64,000 nt of DNA from an uncultured Methylomirabilota bacterium (GCA_963705305.1 OY970067.1:2592001-2656000), one strand, 5' to 3'; counted from the stretch's first letter, positions 39,325-50,284 are shown. The notes: generated by a model not told the origin, from the letters alone. Made by a program: numbers and translations.

Positions 39325-40137
39325 ATGAACAGGCGCAGCTTCTGGTTGGGGTTGTTCGGGATTGCCGTGCTGCTCGCCAGCGTGGCCTGGACCGTGCCGG
39401 CCACGGCCGCGGAAGAGCAGGATACCCTGAACACGATCATCAAGCGCGGGGAGCTGATCGTCGGCACATTCGACTTCTTCCCGCCCTGGGGGTTCCGGGA
39501 CGCCCAGAACAACATTGTGGGAATGGACCCGGAGATCGCCAAAGACTTGGCCGACGTGTTGAAGGTCAAGCTCACCCTGGTCCCCGTGCCCACCACCCAG
39601 GACCGGATCAACTTCCTGCTGTCCGGCAAGATCGACGTGGCCATCTCGAACTTCACGGCGACCCTGGAGCGATCCAAGGCCATCACGTTCACCGATCCCT
39701 ACGTCATCGACGGGATTGGCGCCATCTTCCGCAAGGACGCCAAGATCAAGGATTGGAAGGATCTGAATGGAAAGCGTGTAGCCGTCACAACGGGGTCCAC
39801 GGGAGAGATCCTAGTGAAGCAGGAGGCTCCCAAGGCGAACATCCTGCGCTTTGACCAAGCCTCCACGGCCCTCCTGGCGGTCCAGCAGGGGAAGGCAGAC
39901 GCCCAGGTCGAGGATTACACGTACACGGTTTACCACGCCGGTCGCGAGAAGAGCCTGGCCTACCTCAACAAGCCGTTGTCCTTCCAGCCGTACTGCTTTG
40001 GCGTCCGGAAGTTCGATCAGGAGTGGCTGAATTACCTCAACTTCTACATCTACCGCCTGCAGCAGAGCGGCCAGATGAAGGAGCTCTACAAGAAGTATTT
40101 CGGAGCTGAGCCCTTCCGCGTCTCGCCGACCTGGTAG
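39325..40137 (+). CDS. Polar amino-acid ABC transporter substrate-binding protein (family 3)
   Basis: Signal peptide; FPPWG, GMDPEIA, SGKIDVAISNFTATLER. Confidence 0.92.
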   Translation: MNRRSFWLGLFGIAVLLASVAWTVPATAAEEQDTLNTIIKRGELIVGTFDFFPPWGFRDAQNNIVGMDPEIAKDLADVLKVKLTLVPVPTTQDRINFLLSGKIDVAISNFTATLERSKAITFTDPYVIDGIGAIFRKDAKIKDWKDLNGKRVAVTTGSTGEILVKQEAPKANILRFDQASTALLAVQQGKADAQVEDYTYTVYHAGREKSLAYLNKPLSFQPYCFGVRKFDQEWLNYLNFYIYRLQQSGQMKELYKKYFGAEPFRVSPTW

Positions 40138-40230
40138 CCGGCTCCCGGGAGGACGCCCCCGGCCTGTCCCGGCCGGGGGCGATACTCCACGGGGCGGTGT
40201 ACCGTTGCGAACTGAGAGGTTGGCCGCCGT

Positions 40231-40899
40231 ATGCACGGATACGTCTTCCAGTTCCGTCCAGTCTTCCAGGAGCTGCCCCTGCTGCTCAACGGGGCCCTGG
40301 TGACACTCCACATCTCTTTCTTGACGCTCGTCTTCAGCTTGGGGGTGGGGACCGCCGGCGCGCTGTGCCGGCTCTCGCGCTTTCGCTGGCTTCGCGTGCC
40401 GGCTGCCTGGTACGTGGAGTTCATCCGCAATACCCCCTTGCTCGTCCAGCTCTTTTTCATCTATTTCGGCCTGAGCCAGATCGACATCCAGGTTCCCAAC
40501 TACACGGCGGGGCTCATCGGGCTGGTGGTGAACAACGGGGCCTATCTCACGGAGATCGTCCGGGCGGGCATCGAGGCCATCCACAAGGGCCAGTTCGAGG
40601 CCGGGCTGTCCCTCGGGTTGAGCTATCCCCAGCTGATGCGCTACGTGGTCTTCCCGCAGGCCTTTCGAGTCATCTACCCGCCCATGTGCAACCAGCTCAT
40701 CGGCATCATCCTCTGGTCCTCGCTGGTGTCCACCATCTCGGTCGAGGATTTGGCGCTGCGCGGGAAGGAGCTGGCGTCGACCACGTTTCGCTCCTTCGAG
40801 ACGTATCTGGTCGTGACACTGATCTACGTCGTCATGACGCTCACCATCTCGGGGATCCTGAAGCTTATGGGGCGCCGGCTGTTCCGCCGCCCCGCTTAG
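40231..40899 (+). CDS. Polar amino-acid ABC permease (HisM/GlnP-like)
   Basis: YVEFIRNTPLLVQ, AYLTEIVRAGIEAI.KGQFEA. Confidence 0.92.
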   Translation: MHGYVFQFRPVFQELPLLLNGALVTLHISFLTLVFSLGVGTAGALCRLSRFRWLRVPAAWYVEFIRNTPLLVQLFFIYFGLSQIDIQVPNYTAGLIGLVVNNGAYLTEIVRAGIEAIHKGQFEAGLSLGLSYPQLMRYVVFPQAFRVIYPPMCNQLIGIILWSSLVSTISVEDLALRGKELASTTFRSFETYLVVTLIYVVMTLTISGILKLMGRRLFRRPA

Positions 40900-40943
40900 C
40901 CCCGCCCCAGACGCGGGGACGCCACGAGGTTTCGCAGGCCGCC

Positions 40944-41606
40944 ATGCCACAGTACGTGCAAAATTCCCTCAACATCTACGATGCCATCCTCTTCCTACAG
41001 GGGCTCGGGAACACAGTCGCGCTCTGCGTGGCGGGCCTGGGGCTGGGGACGCTGATCGCCGTGGTCGTGGGCTTGGCCCGGGCCTCGCGGGTCCGCTGGC
41101 TCTGGGTGCCGGCGGCAGCCTACATCGAGGTGATTCGGGATTCCCCCCTGCTCATGCAGCTCTACCTGATCTTTTTCGCCCTCCCGCTGATGGGTCTGGA
41201 TGTGCCGATCTTCATGGCGGGGGTGGCCGCGCTGATGGTCAACTCCAGCGCCTTCATGGCGGAGATCGTCCGGGCGGGGATCCAGTCGGTGGGGAGGGAG
41301 CAGTGGGACGCGGCCCGCGGGCTGGGGATGGGGTATCTCCAGGCGATGCGCTGGGTGGTCCTGCCGCAGGCTGTCCGGGTAATGATTCCGCCGGGGGTGG
41401 GGCTGCTCATCGGTCTGATCAAAGATTCGTCCATCGTCTCCGTCCTCAGTTACCTGGAGCTCACCCGGGTGGGCCAGATCCTCATGGAGAAGACCTTCCT
41501 CTCGTTCCAGGTGTTCGGGATCGTGGCGGTGCTCTACTTCCTCCTGTGCTACCCGCTGTCGCGGCTGGCCCTGTATGCGGAACGGAGGTTGAAGGTCAGT
41601 GGTTAA
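40944..41606 (+). CDS. Polar amino-acid ABC permease (second)
   Basis: [33 protein letters not shown]. Confidence 0.92.
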   Translation: MPQYVQNSLNIYDAILFLQGLGNTVALCVAGLGLGTLIAVVVGLARASRVRWLWVPAAAYIEVIRDSPLLMQLYLIFFALPLMGLDVPIFMAGVAALMVNSSAFMAEIVRAGIQSVGREQWDAARGLGMGYLQAMRWVVLPQAVRVMIPPGVGLLIGLIKDSSIVSVLSYLELTRVGQILMEKTFLSFQVFGIVAVLYFLLCYPLSRLALYAERRLKVSG

Positions 41607-42321
41607 GGTCAAGCAGGTCAACAAGTTTTTCGGACACCTCCACGTCCTCAAGGACATCAGCCTGGACGTGAGCCGGGGGGAGGTCGTGGTCATCATCGGG
41701 CCCAGCGGCTCGGGCAAGAGCACTCTGCTCCGCTGCCTGAACTATCTGGAGCCGGTGCAGTCGGGGGAGATCTGGATCGACGGCATCCGGCTGGATCACC
41801 ACAAGACCAACATCCGCCAGGTGCGCGCCGAGGTGGGCATCGTCTTCCAGTCGTTCAACCTCTTTCCGCACCTGACGGCCCTTCGCAACGTGATGCTGGC
41901 TCCCCTGGTGGTGCGCGGCCGCCCCGGGGCGGATGTGCGGAGAGAGGCGCTGGCCCTGCTGGCCAAGGTGGGGTTGCAGGATAAGACCGAGGCCTACCCG
42001 GCCCAGCTCTCGGGCGGGCAGCAGCAGCGGGTGGCCATCGCGCGGGCCCTGGCCATGCAGCCCAAGCTGATGCTCTTCGACGAGGTCACGTCGGCCCTGG
42101 ACCCGGAGTTGGTTCGGGAGGTCCTGGACGTCATGAAGCAGCTCGCCCGCGACGGGATGACAATGATCGTCGTCACCCACGAGATGAGCTTCGCGCGGGA
42201 AGTGGCGACCCGCGCGATCTTCATGGACGGGGGGCGGATCGTCGAGGAGGGGACGCCGCAGGCGATCTTCGACCACCCGCAGAACCAGCGGACGCAGGAG
42301 TTCCTGGGAAAGATCCTCTAG
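41599..42321 (+). CDS. Polar amino-acid ABC ATP-binding protein (GlnQ-like)
   Basis: [37 protein letters not shown]. Confidence 0.94.
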   Translation: MVKVKQVNKFFGHLHVLKDISLDVSRGEVVVIIGPSGSGKSTLLRCLNYLEPVQSGEIWIDGIRLDHHKTNIRQVRAEVGIVFQSFNLFPHLTALRNVMLAPLVVRGRPGADVRREALALLAKVGLQDKTEAYPAQLSGGQQQRVAIARALAMQPKLMLFDEVTSALDPELVREVLDVMKQLARDGMTMIVVTHEMSFAREVATRAIFMDGGRIVEEGTPQAIFDHPQNQRTQEFLGKIL

Positions 42322-42378
42322 TCCGGCTACGGGGCTCCGCCGCTATGCGGCGGCGGAGCGCGGCCAGGAGGGAGCACG

Positions 42379-43770
42379 ATGGTGGATGTACACGAGACGA
42401 CACGACAGGCCGTGATCGGTTGGGATGTGAGCCGGGTGGTCTTCCGCGACCTGGAGCGGGACTATCCCGTGGTGGAGCGGGGGGAGGGAATCTACCTGTT
42501 CGACACCAAAGGCCGGAAATACATCGACGGCTCCGGCGGCTCGTCCGTGGTCACGTCCATCGGCCACGGGAGCGCTCGGGTGGCTGCAGTCATGGCGGAG
42601 CAGGCCCGGACCATCGCCTTCAGCCCAGCCCACTGTTTCGCCAACACGCCCCACATCCAGCTCTGCCAGAAGATCGCCGAGATCGCGCCCGCGGGCATGG
42701 CGCAGACCTTTTTGCTGTCCGGGGGGTCGGAGGCCACCGAGAACGCCGTCAAGTTCGCGCGCCAGTACGAGTTCGAGCGGAACAACCGCGGCAAGGTCAC
42801 GGTGATCGGCCGCTGGCAGGGCTTCCACGGGAACACTTTCGGGGCCATGACCGCCAGCGGCCACACCTACCGCCGCCGGATCTACGGCCCCATGCTGGGC
42901 CACGCCGTGAAGATCCCCCCCTGCTACTGCTACCGCTGCGACTGGGGGCTGACCTACGGGCAGTGCCATCTGGAGTGCGCCCGGGCGCTGCGGAAGGCCG
43001 TCCGCCAGGAAGGCCCGGAGAACGTCTTGGCGTTCATCGCCGAGCCGGTGGTGGGGGCGGCGCTGGGGGGCGTGCCGGCCGTGCCGGAATACTTCGGACT
43101 GATCCGCGAGATCTGCGACGAGCTGGATGTGCTGTTCATCGCCGACGAAGTGATGACCGGGTTCGGTCGCACGGGGGCGAACTTTGGGATGGACCACTGG
43201 CACGTCGTCCCCGACATCATCGCCACCGCCAAGGGGATCTCGGGCGGCTACACGCCGCTGGCGGCCGTGTTGCTGCACGAGCGAATCATCGAGTTGCTGC
43301 GCTCGCACAAGAGCAATTTCCGCGGCGGACACACCTACTGCGCCAACCCGCTGTCGGCGCGGGTAGGGATGGAGGTCCTGGACATCATCCGGGAGCAGGG
43401 GCTGGTCGAGAACAGCCGGCGGATGGGTCTGCGCCTGCTGGAGGGGCTCCAGCGGCTGTTGGACCACCCGACGGTGGGGGACGTGCGGGGCAAGGGGCTC
43501 ATGGCCGGCGTGGAGTTCGTCCGCGACAAGCGAACCAAGGAGCCGTTCCCAGTGGAGTACCAGTTCGGCAAGCGGGTCTTCGAGGAGGCCTTCGTCCGCG
43601 GGCTGGTCGTCTTCGCCGGCAGCGGGACGGTGGATGGGGTGGCCGGCGACCACCTGCTCTTGGCTCCTCCCTTCATCATCACCGAGGGCCAGGTGGACGA
43701 TCTCCTCGGAATTTTGAACGAGGCCATCGGCGCGGTGGAGAAGGCGCTGCCGCCGGGGCTGCGAGGATAG
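42379..43770 (+). CDS. Class-III PLP-dependent aminotransferase
   Basis: SGGSEATENA, FHG, FIAEPVVG, IADEVMTGFGRTG, ATAKG, GHTY. Confidence 0.92.
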   Translation: MVDVHETTRQAVIGWDVSRVVFRDLERDYPVVERGEGIYLFDTKGRKYIDGSGGSSVVTSIGHGSARVAAVMAEQARTIAFSPAHCFANTPHIQLCQKIAEIAPAGMAQTFLLSGGSEATENAVKFARQYEFERNNRGKVTVIGRWQGFHGNTFGAMTASGHTYRRRIYGPMLGHAVKIPPCYCYRCDWGLTYGQCHLECARALRKAVRQEGPENVLAFIAEPVVGAALGGVPAVPEYFGLIREICDELDVLFIADEVMTGFGRTGANFGMDHWHVVPDIIATAKGISGGYTPLAAVLLHERIIELLRSHKSNFRGGHTYCANPLSARVGMEVLDIIREQGLVENSRRMGLRLLEGLQRLLDHPTVGDVRGKGLMAGVEFVRDKRTKEPFPVEYQFGKRVFEEAFVRGLVVFAGSGTVDGVAGDHLLLAPPFIITEGQVDDLLGILNEAIGAVEKALPPGLRG

Positions 43771-43815
43771 GCCCGCGGCGCGGGTTCAATTGGGCCGACG
43801 TGCCCAGGAGGCCAT

Positions 43816-45156
43816 ATGGGTGCCCAGGTCTTTCGAGACTTCAAGAAGGAATACCCGGTCATCGTGCGAGGCAAGGGGGTGTTCCTCTACGATCGGGCCG
43901 GGCGCGAGTATCTCGACGCCGTCGGAGGCATTTCGGTGGTGAACGTCGGACACGGCGTGCCCGAGATCATCGCCGCCATGCGGGGCCAGGCCGAGCAGGT
44001 GGCCTTCGTCCACGGCGGCTCCTTCGCCAACGAGCCGGCCATGGCGCTCTCGGAGGAGTTGGCGACCTGGGCGCCGAAGGGTATGGGCCACGTCCTGCTC
44101 TTGTCCGGCGGCTCCGAGGCCACCGAGACCGCCATGAAGCTGGCCCACCAATACCACCTGGAGCGGGGGAGGGAAGGGAAGTACCGCATCATCTCCCGTT
44201 GGATCAGCTATCACGGCAACACCATCGGGGCCCTGTCCATGTCGGGGCGCACGGCCTGGCGGCGAGAGTTCACACCGTACCTTCAGAGCTTCCCAAAGAT
44301 CCACCCACCGTATTGCTACCGGTGCCCGTACGGGACGAGCTATCCGGGCTGTGGGATCGCCTGTGCCGAGGATCTCGAGCGGGTGATCTCGCTGGAAGGC
44401 GCCGAGGGGATCGCGGCCTTCATCGCCGAGCCGGTGATCGGGACCTCCGCCGCCGGGGTCACTCCGCCCCCCGAGTACTACCCGCGCATCCGGGAGATCT
44501 GCGACAAGCACGACATCCTCTTCATCGCCGACGAGGTGATCACCGGCGTGGGCCGGACGGGAAAAAACTTCGCAATCGAACACTGGGGAGTCATACCGGA
44601 CATGATCACGACGGCGAAGGCCCTGAGCAGCGGGTATGCACCGCTCGCCGCGGTGATTCTGCACGACAAGGTGTATGACGCCATCGCCTCCGGGTCGGGC
44701 CACATGACGCAGGGGTTTACCTACTCCGGCCATCCGTTGTGTTCCGCGGTCGGCCTAGCCGTGCTCACGTACCTCAAGGAACACAAGCTGGTGGAGAATG
44801 CCGCTCGTGTCGGGCGCGTCTTGCTTCAGCGGCTGGAGACGCTCAAGCGGTTTTCCATCGTGGGCGATGTGCGCGGGACCGGCTTGATCCTGGGGGTGGA
44901 GTTCGTGGCCGACCAGGCCACCAAGCGACCTTTCCCGCCGGAGGCCGGCGTCACGCGCCGGATCGTGGAGGCCGTGCTGGCGCAGGGGGTGGTGGTGGTT
45001 CCGGGCATGAGCGGTATGATCGACGGGGTGGCCGGCGACCACATCCAGATCAGCCCTCCCTACATCTTCAGCGAGTCGAACGTCGAGCAGCTGGTCGCGG
45101 CGCTGGAGTCTGCGATCCAGATGGTCATGCGGGACACGCCGCGGGCAGGAGGCTAG
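43816..45156 (+). CDS. Class-III PLP-dependent aminotransferase (tandem paralog)
   Basis: SGGSEATETA, YHG, FIAEPVIG, IADEVITGVGRTG, TTAKA, GFTY. Confidence 0.92.
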   Translation: MGAQVFRDFKKEYPVIVRGKGVFLYDRAGREYLDAVGGISVVNVGHGVPEIIAAMRGQAEQVAFVHGGSFANEPAMALSEELATWAPKGMGHVLLLSGGSEATETAMKLAHQYHLERGREGKYRIISRWISYHGNTIGALSMSGRTAWRREFTPYLQSFPKIHPPYCYRCPYGTSYPGCGIACAEDLERVISLEGAEGIAAFIAEPVIGTSAAGVTPPPEYYPRIREICDKHDILFIADEVITGVGRTGKNFAIEHWGVIPDMITTAKALSSGYAPLAAVILHDKVYDAIASGSGHMTQGFTYSGHPLCSAVGLAVLTYLKEHKLVENAARVGRVLLQRLETLKRFSIVGDVRGTGLILGVEFVADQATKRPFPPEAGVTRRIVEAVLAQGVVVVPGMSGMIDGVAGDHIQISPPYIFSESNVEQLVAALESAIQMVMRDTPRAGG

Positions 45157-45578
45157 GGGGCCCGCCGGGCGAGTTCCTGGCGGATGCTCTGCAGGTGTTG
45201 CAGGAGTCCGGACGTATTCACCTTCAGCCGCTCGGCGATCTCCCCCCAATTCAGCCGTCCCGTGGCCCACAGTCCCAGCACGGCGTCCGGCGACGCATGC
45301 CCCGCCTCGGCCAGGGCCAGGACGACCGCAACCTCGCCGTAGTCCAGTTTCTGATCGTGCAGGTCCGAGATCACCCGTGGTTTCACCCGGAAGATGCGAG
45401 CCAGCTGCGCCTCGGCAGCCGCCTCTCCCAGGCGAGTGGCTGCCTCTTCCACGCGCAGCGCAGCGTTCCCGATGCGCTCCTCGGTGTCCGCGGGTTGAGC
45501 CGCCAGAATGCACGCGTCCGGCAGCCAGACCAGAAACCAGAGCGCCAAGCATACGCTCCACGCCTGTCGTCTCCGCAT
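45153..45578 (-). CDS. Hypothetical secreted helical protein
   Basis: Signal-like N-terminus; repeated YGE/WGEIA helices; start uncertain. Confidence 0.55.
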   Translation of the reverse strand: MRRRQAWSVCLALWFLVWLPDACILAAQPADTEERIGNAALRVEEAATRLGEAAAEAQLARIFRVKPRVISDLHDQKLDYGEVAVVLALAEAGHASPDAVLGLWATGRLNWGEIAERLKVNTSGLLQHLQSIRQELARRAP

Positions 45579-45686
45579 ATCTTCACGCCTTTCTTGTTTC
45601 CGCATGACGCCGTGGCCCGTCCGTCCCGGATGCCGCTTCACGCGCCCCCCACTATCGCACGGTCCCGCCGGTGCCGGCAACCCCGG

Positions 45687-46460
45687 TCAACGCAGGAAGG
45701 CGAGGTACCAGACGATGAGCGTTTCCCCCCAGAAGAGGGCCACCACGGCCCCCAGGGCCAGGAACGGTCCAAAGGGCATGTGCTGGCGACGGCCCACCCG
45801 CCGCAGGACGATGAGGCCGACGCCCACGCCCGCGCCCGACAGACAGCCGATCAGGATCGTGAGGATCACCGCCCGCCAGCCCAGGAAGGCGCCCACCATG
45901 GCGACGAGATTGAGGTCGCCCTCTCCCATGGCGTCCTGGCCGTAGACAACCCCTCCGTAGTAGAGCACCAGGTACAGGAACCCGGCGCCGGCCAGCATGC
46001 CGATCACCCGATCGAGGATGGGCGGACCGCCCAGGAACAGGCCGGCCAGCAGCCCCAAGGGGATGCCCGGAAGCGTGATAGCGTTGGGGATGATCTGGTG
46101 GTCGAGATCGATGAAGGTCGCGGCCACCAGCGCGGACAGGAAGACGAGGAGGACGCCCCCCACCGGCGAGACCCCGAAGCGGGCGACCGTCAGGGCGAAC
46201 AGGATACCGGTCAGGCCTTCGACGAGCGGGTAGCGCCATGAGATGGGTGCCCGGCAGGCGCGGCACCGGCCGCGGAGGATGAGGAAGCTGAGGAGGGGGA
46301 TGTTGTCCCACGGGCGGATGGGCGCCCCGCAGGCCGGGCAGTGTGAGCCGGGGAACACCAGGCTTTCCTCCCGGGGCAGACGATGGATGCACACATTCAG
46401 GAAGCTTCCCACCACCAGACCGAAGAGAAAGGCGACGACGACTTCGGGAGATCCAGGCAT
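45687..46460 (-). CDS. pilD: Prepilin peptidase/N-methyltransferase (A24)
   Basis: GSFLNVCIHRLP, CPAC, CRAC, RYPLVE, IDLDHQIIP, MGEGD, PFGPFL. Confidence 0.95.
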   Translation of the reverse strand: MPGSPEVVVAFLFGLVVGSFLNVCIHRLPREESLVFPGSHCPACGAPIRPWDNIPLLSFLILRGRCRACRAPISWRYPLVEGLTGILFALTVARFGVSPVGGVLLVFLSALVAATFIDLDHQIIPNAITLPGIPLGLLAGLFLGGPPILDRVIGMLAGAGFLYLVLYYGGVVYGQDAMGEGDLNLVAMVGAFLGWRAVILTILIGCLSGAGVGVGLIVLRRVGRRQHMPFGPFLALGAVVALFWGETLIVWYLAFLR

Positions 46461-46497
46461 GGGAACTGCCCTCGGGTGGTTACAGTCCGATTGGCGT

Positions 46498-47895
46498 CTA
46501 CGGCCCGGAGCCTCCGGGCCGCGGCGGAGCGCCGGTCGCCCCGGCCGTGTTCCCCGGCGCCGGACGGCTCGAAGGACGCCCGGCGGCGCTGCAGGGGCCG
46601 GGGCACTCCTTCCGCGCCTGAAAGATCATCTCGCACAGTCCGACGTAACGGAGGTCCTGGACGCTGTACCCCGCGGCCATGAGCCGCTGCATGAGACCGG
46701 CGCGCGTGTAGTGGGTGATATGCTCGTGAGCATAGGCGCCCGGCAGGAGCTTCCCGTAGATCCACTCTAGAACCCCCCAGAGCCGTCGGTCGTAGTCCGG
46801 CGTGCCCAGGATCAAAGTTCCGCCGGGGCGGAGCACGCGGGTCATCTCGTGCATGACCTCGGGGAGGTCGGGAACGTGCTCGATGACTTCGGAGCAGATG
46901 ACCACGTCGCACGCGGCATCGCGGACCGGCAAGGCGAAGATGCTTCCGTTGACCAGACGGGAATGGGACCTGCGCAGGAAACGGAGCTTGGGCAGCAGGA
47001 TGTCCAGCCCGACGGCGGCGGGCAGTCCCTGGATGATCCGGCTGGAGCCACAGCCGATATCCAGGACCGTCCCGCGACCGTCCGGCGAGGCCGCCCGCAG
47101 GAACGCGAGGATGGTGCGGTGCCGGGCCCGCTGCCAGTAGCGCTGGAGCGGGATGGGGCTGTCGAAGGCGCGGTGGTCGTAGTCGGCCGACTCGACCGAG
47201 TTGCGGAGCCGCCACATGCGGACCAAGGTCCTGAGGTAGGCCCAGCCGAACTGGAGGAGCTTGGCGTGGGAACGGCCGGAGCTCCGGGCCATGTAGTGAA
47301 AGGGAACCTCCCGGATATGCCATCCCCGGCCGTGCACGCGGATCAGAATCTCCTCCAGGACATCGAAGTCGCGCGCCGCCAACCTCAGGTTCGTGAGGGC
47401 ATCCCGCCGGTACATGCGGAAGCCGCTGGAGAGGTCACGGATGTCCATGGACAGGGCGCGACGGTAAACGCGGTTCAGGATGTGGCTCAGCAGGCGGCGA
47501 AGCAGCCCCATGTCGGCCCGGCCGCCCGGGGCATACCGAGAGGCGATCAGGATCTCGGCCGCCTCGCGCTGTCTCCAGAACTCTTCGAGGAAGATCGGAC
47601 GGTGGGACAGGTCGGCGTCCATGGTTGCCACATAGGGGGCCTGCGTGGCGGCGAAGCCGGCGGCCAGGGCGCCCGCATACCCGGGCGCCTGCTGATGAAC
47701 CACGCGGGCCCCGCGCTTGGCGGCGGCGTCCGCGGAGCCGTCGGTGGATCCGCCGTCCACCACCAGGATCTCCCAGCGGGTCCCCAGCCCGTCCAGCGTG
47801 TCGCGCAGCGCCGGCAGGAGGAGCTCCAGGTTCTCCCGCTCGTTCAATGCGGGGATCACCACGGCGAGATCCGGCGGGTCAGACAAGGACCTCAT
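46498..47895 (-). CDS. GT2 polyprenol-phosphate glycosyltransferase (DPM1-like) fused to a class I SAM methyltransferase
   Basis: IPALNE, VDGGSTDGS, MDADLSH, IASRY, DLSSGFRMY, GRS.AK; then VLDIGCGS, CSEVIEH, RVLRPGG. Confidence 0.88.
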   Translation of the reverse strand: MRSLSDPPDLAVVIPALNERENLELLLPALRDTLDGLGTRWEILVVDGGSTDGSADAAAKRGARVVHQQAPGYAGALAAGFAATQAPYVATMDADLSHRPIFLEEFWRQREAAEILIASRYAPGGRADMGLLRRLLSHILNRVYRRALSMDIRDLSSGFRMYRRDALTNLRLAARDFDVLEEILIRVHGRGWHIREVPFHYMARSSGRSHAKLLQFGWAYLRTLVRMWRLRNSVESADYDHRAFDSPIPLQRYWQRARHRTILAFLRAASPDGRGTVLDIGCGSSRIIQGLPAAVGLDILLPKLRFLRRSHSRLVNGSIFALPVRDAACDVVICSEVIEHVPDLPEVMHEMTRVLRPGGTLILGTPDYDRRLWGVLEWIYGKLLPGAYAHEHITHYTRAGLMQRLMAAGYSVQDLRYVGLCEMIFQARKECPGPCSAAGRPSSRPAPGNTAGATGAPPRPGGSGP

Positions 47896-49598
47896 GGCGT
47901 CGACCGCCCCTCCCCCGGGCTGCCCTCGGAGGCCGCGGACGTTCGAGCGCGCCTCAGCCGAGCCGCCAGGCGAGCGGATTGCGGGACGCGCTGCGCCCCC
48001 GCCTCGTAGATGCGCAGGGCCGCCGTCGGGTCGTGCAGCGCCTCGTAAGCCGCCCCCAGATTCAGGTAGGCATCCTCGTAGGTCGGATTCAGCCGGATGG
48101 CCTGCTCCAGCCAGGGGAGCGCGTCCGCCGGGCGGCCGGTGCGGATCAGGAGGACGCCCAAGTTGTTCCGTGGGAGGGCGGAAGTGGGCGCGGCGCTAAG
48201 CTCGGCCTCGAACTCCTCGCGGGCGGCCGGCAGGTCCCCCCAATCCAGCAGCAGTTCACCCAGATTGTTGTGGACGAGGGCCCGAACCTTGACCGGCAGA
48301 TCCGGCTGCCTCCCCATGGCGCGATAGAAGTCCAGCGGGTCGGCCCAGGGCTGAAGCCGCAGCAGGGTCAGGCCGATGTATCCGGCGATCAGAATAGCGA
48401 GGCCGACAGCGCCCCAGTTGGAGATCCACAGGGGGGTCCGGGCCTCGAGGGCGTGGGCAAGAAGGGCCCCCAGGAGGATGCACCAGCCCACCGACGGCGC
48501 GTACAGGAACCGCTCGGCGGTAAAGAAGCCAAACTGCGGGGCCGGGGCATACAGGACCAGGGCGAGCGAAGGCACGAGCAGGATCGGGAGCCAGGCCACC
48601 CAGGGAAAGAGAGAGCGGGATCGGCGCCAGGCGGCCAGCAGCCCGACCACCAGTCCTCCAAGTGCAGCCGCGCCGCCGAGGGCGGTGGGGGGCACGGGCA
48701 CTACCCGAAGGGCGCGGAAGAAATGGAGCGCGGGGAGCGGAAACAGAAGGACCCGGGCATATTCTCCCAGGATGGCCAGGAGCCCCACCAGACGGAGGCG
48801 GGCCGGCCGGAAGCCGAGCGCGAAGCCTGCCGGGGCATGCGCCAAGCCCGTGCGGAGCCCCCAGTACAGACCCCCCGCCGCGAGCAGGGGGGCCAGCCGG
48901 GCCAGCGCGCCCAGCCACCGGCGGTGCGGCGGACATTCTTTCGGGTCTGAGATTTCCCACGTGATCCAGGCTGCGGGAAGCACCGCCACCGACTCTTTGC
49001 AGAGGAGCGCTGCCAGGAGTGCCACCCCCGCCAGGCTCCCCCAGGCCCAGGCGGCAGGTCGGGTCGCCTCCCGCATCCCGAGAAGTGCCAGCAGGGCCGC
49101 CAGCGCGAACGTTGTGGAGACCAGATCCACCCGACCCTGGATCCACGCCACCGCCTCCGTATGGGCGGGCAGCACGGCGAACAACACGGCGGCGATCCAG
49201 GCGGTCATCGGCCGACGCATCGTCCGCAGCGCGACGACGTACACCAGGAGGCTCGCCAGGACATGCCAGAGCAGGTTGCTGAGATGGTAGCCTGCCGGGT
49301 TCGTTCCCCAGAGCGTCCAGTCGAGGCGGTAGAGCAGGGTGATGAGGGGGCGGTAGTAGGGCAAGATGACATCGGTCACGTGGACCTGACTCCGGAAGAC
49401 GCCGGACAGGCTGGATGGCCCCGTCACCAGCGGGTCCGCCAGGATCACCAGCGGGTCGTCGAAGACAAAATCGAAGCGGACCGTTCCGACGGAGGCCACC
49501 ATGGCGATGAGGATCACCAGGATCAGCCGGCGGACGCCGGCGTGTCGATCGGTCCCGGAGAGCCAGGCGGACAACCACGGGCCGGGCGGCTGGCTCAT
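47892..49598 (-). CDS. TMTC-like GT-C membrane glycosyltransferase with C-terminal TPRs
   Basis: FVFDD, YYRP, HTEAVAWI.GR, CKE, AERFLYAPS; many TM helices; TPRs (HNNLG, NNLGV, AYLNLG). Confidence 0.8.
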   Translation of the reverse strand: MSQPPGPWLSAWLSGTDRHAGVRRLILVILIAMVASVGTVRFDFVFDDPLVILADPLVTGPSSLSGVFRSQVHVTDVILPYYRPLITLLYRLDWTLWGTNPAGYHLSNLLWHVLASLLVYVVALRTMRRPMTAWIAAVLFAVLPAHTEAVAWIQGRVDLVSTTFALAALLALLGMREATRPAAWAWGSLAGVALLAALLCKESVAVLPAAWITWEISDPKECPPHRRWLGALARLAPLLAAGGLYWGLRTGLAHAPAGFALGFRPARLRLVGLLAILGEYARVLLFPLPALHFFRALRVVPVPPTALGGAAALGGLVVGLLAAWRRSRSLFPWVAWLPILLVPSLALVLYAPAPQFGFFTAERFLYAPSVGWCILLGALLAHALEARTPLWISNWGAVGLAILIAGYIGLTLLRLQPWADPLDFYRAMGRQPDLPVKVRALVHNNLGELLLDWGDLPAAREEFEAELSAAPTSALPRNNLGVLLIRTGRPADALPWLEQAIRLNPTYEDAYLNLGAAYEALHDPTAALRIYEAGAQRVPQSARLAARLRRARTSAASEGSPGEGRSTP

Positions 49599-50284
49599 TT
49601 TGCCGCCTCCGGGGTGGTGCGTCCCCGCATCTCGGCCAGGACCTTCTCGATCTCCCGTTTCGCAATCTGGCGGACCACCTCATTGGAGGCGTGCTCGTAC
49701 ATGTTCTGCCAGAGCTCGAGCGCGGTCTCCAGGGCGCCGGTTTTGGTGTACAGGCGCGCGATGAAGCGGGACAGGTAGGGCGGCCGTCCGGGCAGGCGAT
49801 TGGCCACCAGCCACCAGCGCAGGGCCTCCGGGTAATCCTTCAATTCCAGGTAGGAGAGGCGCCCGAGGTCGTGCGGCAGCTCCCAGCGATCGGGATTGGC
49901 CGCGATCCCTTTCTGGTAGATGGCGATGGCCTGCGGAACTTGATGGGCGATGTCCAGGAAGAGGCCACCCAGCCGGTAGGCCTCCACGAAGTGGGGATCC
50001 AGGCTGGTGGCCAGGTCCACCAAGGGATACAGCTGGGGAAGGGGCTCGTGGGATTCGATCCGCCCCCCGAAGTACTGCACGGTACGCAGCCAGTAGAGAT
50101 CCGCGGCCAGCGGGTGAAAGCCGAGGAGGAGCGGGCGCAGGACCGCCGCGCGGGGAAGGATCAGGAAGTTCTCTTTGGCGGACTGGATGGTCGGCGCCCG
50201 GGCCTCCAGGGTCCGGTTCAACGGGACCGTGGCGGCCAGAGTGCCCACGACCAGGCCGAGTCCCAGCAGTGCACCGCGCCTCAT
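49595..50284 (-). CDS. Membrane-anchored TPR-like protein of the pilus ABC module (possibly PilG/XapA-like)
   Basis: N-terminal TM; ADLYWLRTVQYFG, LDPHFVEAY; ATGA overlap with the permease. Confidence 0.65.
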   Translation of the reverse strand: MRRGALLGLGLVVGTLAATVPLNRTLEARAPTIQSAKENFLILPRAAVLRPLLLGFHPLAADLYWLRTVQYFGGRIESHEPLPQLYPLVDLATSLDPHFVEAYRLGGLFLDIAHQVPQAIAIYQKGIAANPDRWELPHDLGRLSYLELKDYPEALRWWLVANRLPGRPPYLSRFIARLYTKTGALETALELWQNMYEHASNEVVRQIAKREIEKVLAEMRGRTTPEAAK

